64,000 nt of DNA from a candidate division WOR-3 bacterium (GCA_027026255.1 JALVOT010000008.1:11619-75618), one strand, 5' to 3'. Shown: positions 9,714-19,333, counted from the first letter of the stretch. The notes: generated from the sequence alone by a model not told the origin. A program made the numbers and translations.

Positions 9714-10760
9714 GTGCAAGCAAGGTTGCCTAAGTTTATTGAAATCGGGAACAGCAAGATTGAAGGACTTTTTAGTCTCTTGAATGAACGCAGATTGGAT
9801 TTCAATAAGGTGATGGTTTTCGGTGATAGAAAAACATTTATCCTGGGTGGTAACCGCATTGTTCAGGACCTCCAGTCAAAAGAGGTTTCGGTTTCCCGGT
9901 TTTTTGTTGAAAACAGTGATGAGGTGAATCTTAATAAGGCGGAGGCCGAAATTGCAAGGTTTGACCCGGACCTGATTATCGGATTCGGCGGCGGCAAGGT
10001 TCTGGATGTGGCAAAATGCTCTTCAGGCAATAAAGAGAAAATCTTTATCAGTATGCCCACCACCCTTTCCAATGATGGAATCGCCTCGCCGGTTGCGGTG
10101 ATAAAAACGAGAAAAAATATACCTCTGAGCCATTTTACCCGGCCTGCATACGGAGTCGTTGTTGACCTGAAAATCATAAAGAAGGCCCCGGCAAGATTTA
10201 TCCGGGCCGGGGTGGGGGATTTACTTTCCAACCTCTCGGCGGCTTTTGATGCCCGATTAGCCCAATCAAGGGGCAGGGAGCGAATCAGTGAATATGCAGT
10301 AGCCTTGGCTGAAAAGGGTGCCCTTGATATCTTAGAATTAAACGATTATTCGATAAAGAGTGATGATTTTTTGCGGGTGCTTGCCGGTGGGCTTATCAAG
10401 AGCGGATTTGCGATGTGTCTTTATGGTTCATCCCGCCCGGCAAGTGGTAGTGAACATAAAATCAGCCATTCCTTAGATTTTCTTTATCCGGGTCGTGATG
10501 TGCTCCATGGTGAACAGGTAGGGATTGCAACCATATTTACAATGGCACTCCAGAAAAATCGCCGTCTCAATGGAGTGATAAAATTGTATAAGGCAATCAA
10601 CTTTCCCCGGAGGTTAAGATATCTGAATATCAATAAAGACCAGTTTGTTGATGTCGTGCTGAAGGCCCGAAAATTTCGACCAGGGAGATTTACCGTCCTT
10701 GAGGCGGAAAGATTAAATCATTCAAGAATAAAAGGGATCATTAAGACCATTCACCTCTAA
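9714..10760 (+). CDS. egsA: sn-glycerol-1-phosphate dehydrogenase (EgsA/AraM family, iron-type alcohol dehydrogenase fold)
   Basis: 348-aa ORF with GGGKVLDVAK, PTTLSNDGIASP, AGVGDLLSN, SGSEHKISHSLD and LHGEQVGIATI, the motif set I associate with G1PDH/AraM. Confidence 0.7.
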   Translation: MQARLPKFIEIGNSKIEGLFSLLNERRLDFNKVMVFGDRKTFILGGNRIVQDLQSKEVSVSRFFVENSDEVNLNKAEAEIARFDPDLIIGFGGGKVLDVAKCSSGNKEKIFISMPTTLSNDGIASPVAVIKTRKNIPLSHFTRPAYGVVVDLKIIKKAPARFIRAGVGDLLSNLSAAFDARLAQSRGRERISEYAVALAEKGALDILELNDYSIKSDDFLRVLAGGLIKSGFAMCLYGSSRPASGSEHKISHSLDFLYPGRDVLHGEQVGIATIFTMALQKNRRLNGVIKLYKAINFPRRLRYLNINKDQFVDVVLKARKFRPGRFTVLEAERLNHSRIKGIIKTIHL

Positions 10761-10858
10761 TCGGCATTGCCCCCCCCGAGGGGTTTATATGCTTTTTTGA
10801 CTGATGGGTTTGAGGTGCACAATATAAGAAATTTCTGCACAGAAGTTGATAAAGTGCC

Positions 10859-10886
10859 TTGACTTTTGATAAATATTATTTATAAT
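10859..10886 (+). promoter_or_regulatory. sigma70-type promoter, leaderless geometry (mglBA)
   Basis: TTGACT (10859-10864), 16 nt, TATAAT (10881-10886), 6 nt, ATG (10893). Confidence 0.6.
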
Positions 10887-10892
10887 AACACA

Positions 10893-11387
10893 ATGCGTGA
10901 AGGTATTAATATTTTTGAAGAGGATTTCTGGGCGATTACCGATGCATTGAACCGGTTATTGCAGGGGACTAATGCCCGTACAATACTGTTGATTGATAAG
11001 GCAGGTCAACTCATCACTTCATCCGGAGATACATCGAATATTGATACTTCATCATTTGCCACACTCTCAGCTGCTGATTTTGCCGCAACAAGCCAGCTCG
11101 CCTCGCTGATTGGAGAAAAGGAGTTTTCTACTCTATTCCATCAGGGAGAAAAGGAAAATCTTTATGTCTGTTTGATTGCGAATCGGGTTATACTTGCGGT
11201 TATATTTGACCACCGCACTACCCTTGGTTTGGTCCGCGTAAAGGCAAAGAATACAGCTGCAGAGTTGGAGAAGATATTTACCGAAATCTTCAGTAAGTTA
11301 GAAAAGGAATCGGGTGGCCCGAGCAAGATTGATGCTGACTTTACCAAAACCGCTGAGGAAGAACTTAATAAACTATTTGGGTTTTAA
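10893..11387 (+). CDS. mglB: Roadblock/LC7-domain protein (MglB-like GAP)
   Basis: ORF directly upstream of the mglA-like GTPase, with Roadblock-like size and sequence. ATG 10893 is preferred over the track TTG 10866. Confidence 0.65.
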   Translation: MREGINIFEEDFWAITDALNRLLQGTNARTILLIDKAGQLITSSGDTSNIDTSSFATLSAADFAATSQLASLIGEKEFSTLFHQGEKENLYVCLIANRVILAVIFDHRTTLGLVRVKAKNTAAELEKIFTEIFSKLEKESGGPSKIDADFTKTAEEELNKLFGF

Positions 11388-11409
11388 ACAACAAAAATTT
11401 TAAACAATT

Positions 11410-11991
11410 ATGGCTTTAATTAATTATGCTTCTCGAGAGATTAACTCCAAGATTGTCTATTACGGCCCGGGATTGGGTGGTAAGACAACGAATATAAAAT
11501 ATGTCTATACAAAACTGAACCCTTCAATAAAGGGCCGGTTGATAAGTTTGGCAACAGAACTTGACCGCACCCTGTTCTTCGATTTCCTGCCGGTTGATTT
11601 GGGAACTATCCGGGGCTTTAAGACCCGGTTCCATCTTTATACTGTTCCCGGTCAGGTTTTCTATAATGCCTCAAGAAAATTAATCTTGAAGGGCGTTGAT
11701 GGAATTGTCTTTGTTGCTGATTCACAGATCGAACGATTTGATGAAAATATTGAATCTTTTGAAAATATGGAGGACAATCTCAGAACTTATAATCTGGATA
11801 TGAATCGAATCCCCTTAGTGATTCAGTATAATAAAAGAGACCTTCCCAATATTACCTCTGTAGAGGAATTACAAAAGGTTTTAAATCCAGAAAATAAATA
11901 CCCCTATTTTGAATCAGTGGCAACCCAGGGTATTGGTGTCTTTGAGACACTTAAAGAAATCTGTAAATTGGTGCTTAAGGTCTTAGCCTGA
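11410..11991 (+). CDS. mglA: MglA-type Ras-like small GTPase
   Basis: G1 is GPGLGGKTT, G3 is TVPGQ (the MglA-typical variant of DxxGQ), and G4 is NKRD. Confidence 0.85.
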   Translation: MALINYASREINSKIVYYGPGLGGKTTNIKYVYTKLNPSIKGRLISLATELDRTLFFDFLPVDLGTIRGFKTRFHLYTVPGQVFYNASRKLILKGVDGIVFVADSQIERFDENIESFENMEDNLRTYNLDMNRIPLVIQYNKRDLPNITSVEELQKVLNPENKYPYFESVATQGIGVFETLKEICKLVLKVLA

Positions 11992-12002
11992 GCATAGTAT
12001 GG

Positions 12003-12287
12003 ATGATGTCCTCTCAGAGTTGCAGTCGTTGTAATAAGATTATCAATCCGGGTGATCCATTTTATCGATTGTTGATAAAGGTCTTTGCTGATTTTGATGG
12101 CGTAATAAATATAAAGTCTGAGAAATATGACCTGAATAAAGAGTTTGAGAAGATAAAGTCGATTCCTGAAGAACTGCTTGAAGAAGAGGTATATAAAGAA
12201 TTTAATTTTGTCCTCTGCCCAAGGTGTAAAGAGATTTATTGTGCCAACCCTTTGAATCTTCCCCTTAATCTAAATAATAATCCATAA
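12003..12287 (+). CDS. small zinc-ribbon protein
   Basis: 94-aa ORF with CSRC...CPRC pairs, packed between mglA and dnaE. Confidence 0.5.
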   Translation: MMSSQSCSRCNKIINPGDPFYRLLIKVFADFDGVINIKSEKYDLNKEFEKIKSIPEELLEEEVYKEFNFVLCPRCKEIYCANPLNLPLNLNNNP

Positions 12288-12288
12288 A

Positions 12289-15200
12289 ATGTCATTTGTT
12301 CATCTACATAATCATACCGAGTATTCCTTGCTTGATGGAGCGGTGAAGATTGAAAGGCTTATTGAACTCGCCGCTAAATATAAGATGCCTGCCTTAGCAA
12401 TTACTGACCATGGTAACCTTTTCGGAGCGATAAAATTTTATAAGCAGGCACATAAAAAGGGGATTAAACCGATTATCGGTATGGAGACTTATGTCGCTCC
12501 AAAATCGAGGTTTGACCAGTCAAAAAATATCCGGATTCCTGAATCCTCTTTTCATCTTACCCTGCTCAGTGAGAATGAGGCGGGTTATAAGAATTTAATA
12601 AAACTTTCTTCACTTGCCTATTTAGAAGGATTTTATTATAAACCGCGGGTTGATAAGGAACTTTTGTCAGGGTTTAATAAAGGATTGATTGCCCTTTCTG
12701 GTTGTTATAAGGGAGAGATTCCATATCGAATTCGCCAGGGGAAGATTGACCAGGCAAAAAAGGCACTTGAAGATTATATTGATATATTCGGCAGGGAAAA
12801 TTTTTATATAGAACTGATGAGGCTTGGTATAAAAAATGAACAGGAGGTCAATAATGAACTCTTAAAACTTGCCCATCAGTTTGATGTTTCAGTAGTGGCA
12901 ACCAATGACTGCCATTATCTCTATGCTGAAGACCATAAGGCACATGATGTTCTTTTATGTATCGGAACAAAAAAGACCCTGCAGGATAAAGAAAGATTAA
13001 GATTTGAAACAAGGCAGGCATATTTTAAGTCGCCGGAGGAGATCTCCCGGCTTTTTGAAGACCTGCCTGAGGCGATTACCAATACCCAGCTCATTGCAGA
13101 AAGGTGTAATCTGATGATTGATACCTCGGGCAAGGATGTAAAGCTTCCGGGTTTCCCGCGGCCCCAGGGTTTTGATACTGATTTTGATTATCTTAAGTAT
13201 CTGAGTCTTGAAGGTATAAAACACCGTTTCAGTAAGGTTACTCCAGGGATTGAGGAGAGGCTCAATTATGAATTGAATATTATAAAGAAGATGGGTCTAT
13301 CCGGGTATTTCTTGATTGTCCGGGAGATTATTGCGTTTGCCCGGGAAAATGGTATTCCGGTTGGCCCGGGTAGGGGTTCAGCAGTAGGAAGTCTGGTCCT
13401 CTATTCCTTAGGGATTACTGATATTGATCCATTAAAATATAATTTGATATTTGAACGTTTTTTAAACCCTGAACGGCTGAGTCTTCCGGATATTGATGCA
13501 GATTTTGGCGATACAAGGAGGGATGAGGTTATCGATTTTATAAAAAAACGGTATGGAGAGAAGAATGTTACTCAGGTTATTACTTTTGGAACCATGCAGG
13601 CAAGGGCGGTTGTCCGGGATGTGGGCAGGGTCCTGGGTATCCCCTATAACGAGATTGATCGATTGGCAAAACTCATTCCTTTCCATACAGGCATTGATGA
13701 GGCGTTGGAGCGGATTAATGAATTTAAGAATCTGGTTGAATCAAAGCCTGAATATAAAGAACTTATTGATATTGCAAAGAAATTAGAGGGGATTGCCCGG
13801 CATTCATCAACCCATGCAGCCGGTGTTGTGATTACACCAAAGGAACTGATTGAATATGTCCCTTTATATAAGAGCCCTGATAAGGGTGAAATCTGTACCC
13901 AGTATGCAAAAAATTCCTTGGAGGCGATCGGGCTTTTAAAGATGGATATTCTTGGACTGCGCACCCTTACCGTAATTGACCAGACCTTAAAGATGCTGGG
14001 ACGACAGATTCCAGAAATTCCGATTTATGATAAAGAGACCTATGATTTATTAAAAAGGGGAGAGACGGTGGGTGTATTCCAGCTTGAAAGTCAGGGTATG
14101 CAGGATATATTGCGCAGTTTTCAACCAGAAAAATTTGAAGACCTGATTGCAGTAATTGCACTCTATCGTCCCGGTCCTATGGCAAATGTTAATCTTAAAA
14201 GGATGATTGAAAATAAACAGCATCCAGAAAAGATTGAATATCTGCATCCTCTATTAGAGCCGATATTAAAGGAGACCTACGGAATGATTGTATATCAGGA
14301 ACAGGTAATGCAGATTGCATCAAGGATTGCCGGATTTTCCTTAGCTGAGGCAGATAATCTGAGAAGGGCGATGGGTAAGAAAATTCATGAATTGATGCAT
14401 GAAAATCGCGAAATTTTTATTGAGGGTGCAGTTAAGAGAAAGATTCCTGCCAGACTTGCTGAGGAGATTTTCGACCAAATCGCCCCATTCGCCGGGTATG
14501 GATTTAACAAATCCCATGCCGCGGCCTATGCGGTTCTGGCAAACCAGACCGCATATCTGAAATGCCATTATCCATTGGAGTTTATGATTGCCTCACTCAA
14601 CAGTGAAATAAATGATACAAACCGTCTGTGGGTTTTGATTCGTGAGGCAGGACGTATGGGCCTGCAGATATTGGGTCCGGATATTAATAAGAGTGATTAT
14701 GAGTTCAAAAAAGAGAAAGATGCAATAAGATATGGACTTGGTGCCCTAAAGAATTTAGGCAGGCCGATGATCGATTTAATAACGAAACAGAGGCAGCGCG
14801 GACCATTTAAGTCATTCTTTGATTTTCAAACCCGGGTTAAAGGATTTAATAGAAAATCTTTGGAATCTTTAATAAAGGCAGGGGCCTTTTCTCAATTTGA
14901 ACCAGACCCTGATAAATTACTTAAAACCGCCTTTACCAGGGATATCAAACTCGGCAAACAGCAGACCCTTTTCGGCTTCAAATCCGAGCCTGAACAACCT
15001 CAGACTAAGGAGAAATGGGATAAGGTCAGGGCTGAAAAAGAGGCATTTGGTTTCTATTTTTCTGAACATCCATTAGAAAAGTATCAGGAAGAGTTTGCAA
15101 TTCTCGGGCTTACTCCAATCAAGAATCTTGCCCGGGTTAAGAATGGTGGTTTTGTTGCAATCGGTGGAATTATAAATTCAAAAAAGGTGAAGCGGGACAA

Positions 15201-15645
15201 AAAAGGCAGGAATTATGCAATCGTCAATATCGAAGATTTAGAAGGGTCGGTAGATGTATTTGTCTTTTCAGAAAATTTTCAAAGGTATTCCCGTTTTTTA
15301 AAGAATGATATACCGTTAATTATTAAAGGCAGAATTTCTGGTGAAGAGGATAAGCAGAGTATCCGGGCTGAACAGATTATCCGGTTTAAGGATGCCCACA
15401 ACTATTATAAAAAGATTCTTATCCATTTTGATAATAATTTTCCTGAAGAAAAATTAAAGAAGTTATATGAATTGATTGAAAGGTATCAGGGTGATTGTGA
15501 GGTCTGGTTTCGGGTTAATAATAACGGCAAGGATGTGCGCAATATACGTTCCAGAACAATGAGGATAAAGCCCGATAATATTGTGCTGAAACAGATTAAG
15601 GAGATTGTGGGTGAAGATTCGGTTCAAATCTATGGTCAGGTCTAA
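12289..15645 (+). CDS. dnaE: DNA polymerase III alpha subunit
   Basis: 1118-aa ORF. It has the PHP N-terminus FVHLHNHTEYSLLDG and polymerase-core motifs (GRGSAVGSLV, PDIDADF). Confidence 0.97.
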   Translation: MSFVHLHNHTEYSLLDGAVKIERLIELAAKYKMPALAITDHGNLFGAIKFYKQAHKKGIKPIIGMETYVAPKSRFDQSKNIRIPESSFHLTLLSENEAGYKNLIKLSSLAYLEGFYYKPRVDKELLSGFNKGLIALSGCYKGEIPYRIRQGKIDQAKKALEDYIDIFGRENFYIELMRLGIKNEQEVNNELLKLAHQFDVSVVATNDCHYLYAEDHKAHDVLLCIGTKKTLQDKERLRFETRQAYFKSPEEISRLFEDLPEAITNTQLIAERCNLMIDTSGKDVKLPGFPRPQGFDTDFDYLKYLSLEGIKHRFSKVTPGIEERLNYELNIIKKMGLSGYFLIVREIIAFARENGIPVGPGRGSAVGSLVLYSLGITDIDPLKYNLIFERFLNPERLSLPDIDADFGDTRRDEVIDFIKKRYGEKNVTQVITFGTMQARAVVRDVGRVLGIPYNEIDRLAKLIPFHTGIDEALERINEFKNLVESKPEYKELIDIAKKLEGIARHSSTHAAGVVITPKELIEYVPLYKSPDKGEICTQYAKNSLEAIGLLKMDILGLRTLTVIDQTLKMLGRQIPEIPIYDKETYDLLKRGETVGVFQLESQGMQDILRSFQPEKFEDLIAVIALYRPGPMANVNLKRMIENKQHPEKIEYLHPLLEPILKETYGMIVYQEQVMQIASRIAGFSLAEADNLRRAMGKKIHELMHENREIFIEGAVKRKIPARLAEEIFDQIAPFAGYGFNKSHAAAYAVLANQTAYLKCHYPLEFMIASLNSEINDTNRLWVLIREAGRMGLQILGPDINKSDYEFKKEKDAIRYGLGALKNLGRPMIDLITKQRQRGPFKSFFDFQTRVKGFNRKSLESLIKAGAFSQFEPDPDKLLKTAFTRDIKLGKQQTLFGFKSEPEQPQTKEKWDKVRAEKEAFGFYFSEHPLEKYQEEFAILGLTPIKNLARVKNGGFVAIGGIINSKKVKRDKKGRNYAIVNIEDLEGSVDVFVFSENFQRYSRFLKNDIPLIIKGRISGEEDKQSIRAEQIIRFKDAHNYYKKILIHFDNNFPEEKLKKLYELIERYQGDCEVWFRVNNNGKDVRNIRSRTMRIKPDNIVLKQIKEIVGEDSVQIYGQV

Positions 15646-15678
15646 AATTATTTAATAATTTAATAAAGGAGAAACTTT

Positions 15679-16353
15679 ATGGGTATTATTCTACTGCTTT
15701 TGGGGTTGTACTATGTTGACCAGCCCTATCCTGCGGTTCCTGAACATAGTCAATTTGATATTCAGCTGAGGTTCGGGCCTGAGGGTGAGATACTCGGTTT
15801 TTTTAATATTGGAATCTGGGATCGCTTTGGTTTCGGGCTCAGTTATGGTGCTTCAAATTTGATCGGTGCGGGAAATCCAGATTTCTATACCCATCCCGGG
15901 GTCCAGATACGCCTGGTTGCAATTCCTGAAGGTTTAATCTTTCCGCTGTTAATCTTTGGATTTGATAATCAGGGTTATGGTCCATATAATAATGCACGGT
16001 ATCAAATCAGGTCAAAGGGTTTATATGGACAGCTCGCCAAGACCCTTGCCGGCCCGGGAATTGCATTTGTTCCCAGCTTAGGAATCAACTATACATTTGA
16101 ATCAGATGATGGACTTAATCTATTTATCGGTTCCAAACTCCAGCTTGGCGAAAATACTGCAATACTCCTTGAATATGACCCTAATTTTAATGACCCTGAA
16201 GACCAGAATAAGGGCTATCTCAATGCGGGATTGAGGATTATCTTTTATGAAGAACTTTTCTTTGAACTGGGAATTCGTGACCTTCTGGACAATGCAGGTG
16301 ATAACTTGCAGTTTAATCGAATGATTAAACTGGGATATGAACAGACTTTGTAA
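15679..16353 (+). CDS. hypothetical protein (possible outer-membrane beta-barrel)
   Basis: 224-aa ORF with alternating aromatic/Gly-rich strands. No recognisable motif. Confidence 0.5.
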   Translation: MGIILLLLGLYYVDQPYPAVPEHSQFDIQLRFGPEGEILGFFNIGIWDRFGFGLSYGASNLIGAGNPDFYTHPGVQIRLVAIPEGLIFPLLIFGFDNQGYGPYNNARYQIRSKGLYGQLAKTLAGPGIAFVPSLGINYTFESDDGLNLFIGSKLQLGENTAILLEYDPNFNDPEDQNKGYLNAGLRIIFYEELFFELGIRDLLDNAGDNLQFNRMIKLGYEQTL

Positions 16354-16373
16354 AATGTTTCACGTGAAACATT
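16354..16373. promoter_or_regulatory. perfect 20-bp palindrome (candidate operator) upstream of trxA
   Basis: AATGTTTCAC|GTGAAACATT. A second hairpin, CCGCTTGATAGCGG, follows before the trxA RBS. Confidence 0.35.
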
Positions 16374-16409
16374 AAGACCGCTTGATAGCGGAGATATAAG
16401 GAGGTTATA

Positions 16410-16733
16410 ATGGTTAAAGAATTAACTGACAATGATTTTCATCAGGAAGTTGAAAAATCAGAACTTCCATATGTTGTCGATTTCTGGGCAATATGGTGTG
16501 CACCCTGTTCATTGGTGAGTCCGATTATGGAGGAACTTGCCAGTGAATATGATGGTAAAATAAAGGTAGGTAAGATAAATGTTGACAATGAGATTAAGAC
16601 CGCAAATGAATTCGGGATTCAGAATATACCGACTATCATTATCTTTCAAAGAGGAAAAGAGGTTGAGAGGATTATCGGTGCGGTGCCTAAGGAACATATA
16701 GTAAAAAAGTTGAAGAAATACATAGGAGAATAA
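16410..16733 (+). CDS. trxA: thioredoxin
   Basis: 107-aa ORF with active site WCAPC. AAGGAGG RBS. Confidence 0.9.
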   Translation: MVKELTDNDFHQEVEKSELPYVVDFWAIWCAPCSLVSPIMEELASEYDGKIKVGKINVDNEIKTANEFGIQNIPTIIIFQRGKEVERIIGAVPKEHIVKKLKKYIGE

Positions 16734-16734
16734 A

Positions 16735-17241
16735 ATGAAATTAAAAAACTGGATAATATTTATATCTGCTTTGCTGTTGTTGTTCTGTAGTTCAAGAGAA
16801 CCGGCAAAGAAGAAAGTGTCAGAAGGTTCAGGTATGAAGAACGACTTTACCCTGAAATCCCTTGATAATCAGACCTATACCCTTTCTCAATTAAGGGGTA
16901 AGGTTGTTCTCCTGGATTTCTGGGCGACCTGGTGTCCACCCTGTAAAAAAAGTATTCCGATATTCATAAAACTGTACAATAAATATAAAGAAAAGGGGTT
17001 TATGGTGCTTGGTATCGGGCTTGATGAAGAAGAGGCATTAAGGAATTATCAATCGCAGGTCAAAATACCCTATCCGATACTTCTGGGAAACAAAAAGGTT
17101 GCTAAACTCTATGATGTCAGTGCTATTCCAACGATGGTGATATATGACAAAAAAGGCAAACTTGTTAAGAGACAGGTCGGTATGAGTCCGGAATTAGAGG
17201 GTCAGCTCGATACCTTTATCGATTCGCTGTTGAGTGAATAA
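16735..17241 (+). CDS. TlpA/ResA-like thiol:disulfide oxidoreductase lipoprotein
   Basis: Signal/lipobox-like N-terminus (LLLFCSS) and FWATWCPPCKK. Confidence 0.85.
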   Translation: MKLKNWIIFISALLLLFCSSREPAKKKVSEGSGMKNDFTLKSLDNQTYTLSQLRGKVVLLDFWATWCPPCKKSIPIFIKLYNKYKEKGFMVLGIGLDEEEALRNYQSQVKIPYPILLGNKKVAKLYDVSAIPTMVIYDKKGKLVKRQVGMSPELEGQLDTFIDSLLSE

Positions 17242-17255
17242 AAGAGAATAAATAT

Positions 17256-17525
17256 ATGAAAAAGAAACCGGTGCCGTCAGGTTTAAAGATTTCTGCAGTA
17301 ATATTGATTATCTTATACAGGTGGACGGTTATCAGTATTACTGCAGGAATCCGGCTCTGGAATGGTAAAAACCGGGTAAGGATCATCAGAAAAGTTTTGA
17401 AAATTGGAGGTGCTGTCTTAGAGGGCTGTGCCCTGGCAGCCGAAATTGTTTTATTATTCGGGTTAAAACTCTGTAAAATCACGATTTTAAGTCGATATCG
17501 TGATGAGATTTTATCTGTTTGCTGA
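17256..17525 (+). CDS. hypothetical small membrane protein
   Basis: 89-aa ORF following the redoxin gene. It competes with an antisense 88-aa ORF. Weak RBS. Confidence 0.3.
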   Translation: MKKKPVPSGLKISAVILIILYRWTVISITAGIRLWNGKNRVRIIRKVLKIGGAVLEGCALAAEIVLLFGLKLCKITILSRYRDEILSVC

Positions 17526-17564
17526 TGAGAATTATAAAAAAATATAACCAGAGGAGAAGATAAG

Positions 17565-17960
17565 ATGATACGATTAAATTGGCAAAAGGGTCTTCAGTTT
17601 ATTGCCGAAGACGATTATGGTCATAAGATTGTGGTGGATACATCCCGGGATATGGGTGGTTTAGACCAGGGTTTTAGACCTATGGACTTATTGCTGGTCG
17701 CCCTGGCAGGCTGTATGGGAATGGATATTGTGGCGATCCTTACAAAAAAAGGCGGAAAGATTGATAAATTTACCATTGAAATTGAGGGTAAAAAGGCAGA
17801 AGAGCATCCCCATAAATACGAAAATATCACTATAAAATTCAATTGTGAGGGTGATTATCAGCGTAAGGACCTTTTAAGGTCTTTTGAACTTTCCCGGGAT
17901 AAATACTGCAGTGTCAGTGCCACATTGAAGACCTGCCCGAAGATTAATTATATAATCTAA
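17565..17960 (+). CDS. OsmC-family protein
   Basis: 131-aa ORF with OsmC/Ohr-like LLVALAGCMGMD and KYCSVSATL Cys motifs. Confidence 0.8.
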   Translation: MIRLNWQKGLQFIAEDDYGHKIVVDTSRDMGGLDQGFRPMDLLLVALAGCMGMDIVAILTKKGGKIDKFTIEIEGKKAEEHPHKYENITIKFNCEGDYQRKDLLRSFELSRDKYCSVSATLKTCPKINYII

Positions 17961-18275
17961 GCATAAAGAGACTCTTTAATAAATCTTTTAAGAATTCTCA
18001 CAACCGATTTTTTTCTTGTAATGGCCATAAATAAAACCATACTTACTATATAAAACAATCTTCAGCGTATAGCAATTAAAAAGGCAGTTATTCGGCTGCG
18101 GCATCCATATAAAAAATCAGAGATAAAAGATATTTTAATTAAGTCGCACAGTTTTTTCTGGAAGGGTGTAAATTACCGGACGCTTATTCTGGATGTTCTG
18201 CGCAGCAGGGTGCGATGTTTAAAAAATCTTCTCCAGAAGGGTCAAAGAAATCTGATTAAATTCTGGATAATTGGT

Positions 18276-18337
18276 GTTTAACGGGGGGGGCAAAACACCT
18301 GAACGAGTTGCAAATATTGTATTGCCCGCTGTTATCT
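18276..18337 (-). repeat. attC-like imperfect inverted repeat (62 nt)
   Basis: Minus strand reads AGATAAC-A-GCGGGCAA-28 nt-TTGCCCCCCCC-GTTAAAC. It overlaps the stop codon of the methyltransferase ORF. Confidence 0.4.
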
Positions 18338-19246
18338 TTTCCTTAAAGTAATCCACAAAGTTTTAACTCCTAAGTCTTCAAATGAGTAATTGGTTTTAAA
18401 TCTATCGGCCAATCGTAGTCGCTTTAAGATTTCTATATCTGTATGACCTGGCTTTTTTACTTTTTGCTCGACAATCTCGAATCCTGATTGTTTTATTACA
18501 CTGATATAGTCTGGATAACGCAGTCTATTCTGAAAATGGATAGAGGAATTAAGCACTGACCATGTTTTTTCAGAAAATGTGAGGAAATTATAGCAGGAAA
18601 TGTTTTTATCAAAATATGAGTAATGGTCTTTTAAATCAATTAAGCAACTCACAATGCCTTTTGGTTTAAGAATTCTGTAGCATTCTTTGAGTATCTTTAT
18701 GATATCATTTTCGGGTATATGTTCAAGGGTTGCAGTACTTGAGATGAAATGAAACGATTCTGATGAAAAGGGTGTGTTCCGGGCATCTATTGGAGCAAGC
18801 CAGCGAATACCGAATATTTTAAATAATTCTGAGACATCCTTAATTTTTACTGAATTCACTCGAATCCGGTTATCTATAAGTGATTCTACTTTTGATTTAT
18901 GCTTTGATAATCTCGATATACTATCATTTACTAACTCAAGGCGTAAGTTCTGTCGAATGTCAATGAGTGTCTGATGTTCGACGCCAAAACAATAGTAGGC
19001 AAGGGGAATGATTAAATCCCAGCCTGCTCCGAATTCATAGAATTGAGCATCAGTGAGCCTTATACCCGAACAATATTGGGGAAAATTATTGAAATGTCTC
19101 TTTGCAATTTCAACCTTTCCTAAGAAACGTTTATTACTGATAGGAAGATTTTTTGTGATATTCCGCTGAAAAAAGTAGTTCCAGGTTTCGCTCCCTGGAA
19201 GATGACTGAAAATCTGTTGTAAAACCGCTTTAGCAATAAATTTCAC
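18332..19246 (-). CDS. class I SAM-dependent methyltransferase
   Basis: 304-aa ORF with EFGAGWD (motif I-like) and LKPKGIV. GTG start. Confidence 0.7.
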   Translation of the reverse strand: MKFIAKAVLQQIFSHLPGSETWNYFFQRNITKNLPISNKRFLGKVEIAKRHFNNFPQYCSGIRLTDAQFYEFGAGWDLIIPLAYYCFGVEHQTLIDIRQNLRLELVNDSISRLSKHKSKVESLIDNRIRVNSVKIKDVSELFKIFGIRWLAPIDARNTPFSSESFHFISSTATLEHIPENDIIKILKECYRILKPKGIVSCLIDLKDHYSYFDKNISCYNFLTFSEKTWSVLNSSIHFQNRLRYPDYISVIKQSGFEIVEQKVKKPGHTDIEILKRLRLADRFKTNYSFEDLGVKTLWITLRKR

Positions 19247-19333
19247 TTGCTATTCTTTCAATAACAGTATTTATATTTATTCAATCAACTCTCATTTATC
19301 TGTCTTACAAGCACTTTGGGTAATGCTCGGCGG

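Noticed and set aside
10770-10797. Intrinsic terminator after the egsA-like gene (C8 GAG G4 followed by a T-rich stretch)
   Set aside because: The stem is only ~4 bp with a 3-nt loop, and the T-run is interrupted. This is too weak to call.
12921-14568. Multiple 60-106-aa antisense or out-of-frame ORFs inside dnaE (and similar ones inside GH57, EF-G, the helicase and glycosyltransferase genes)
   Set aside because: They are fully embedded in long, motif-supported genes and are typical shadow ORFs.
17216-17482. 88-aa minus-strand ORF overlapping the 17256-17525 plus-strand ORF
   Set aside because: It is antisense to the operon direction and overlaps the redoxin gene end. The plus-strand alternative is itself only weakly supported.
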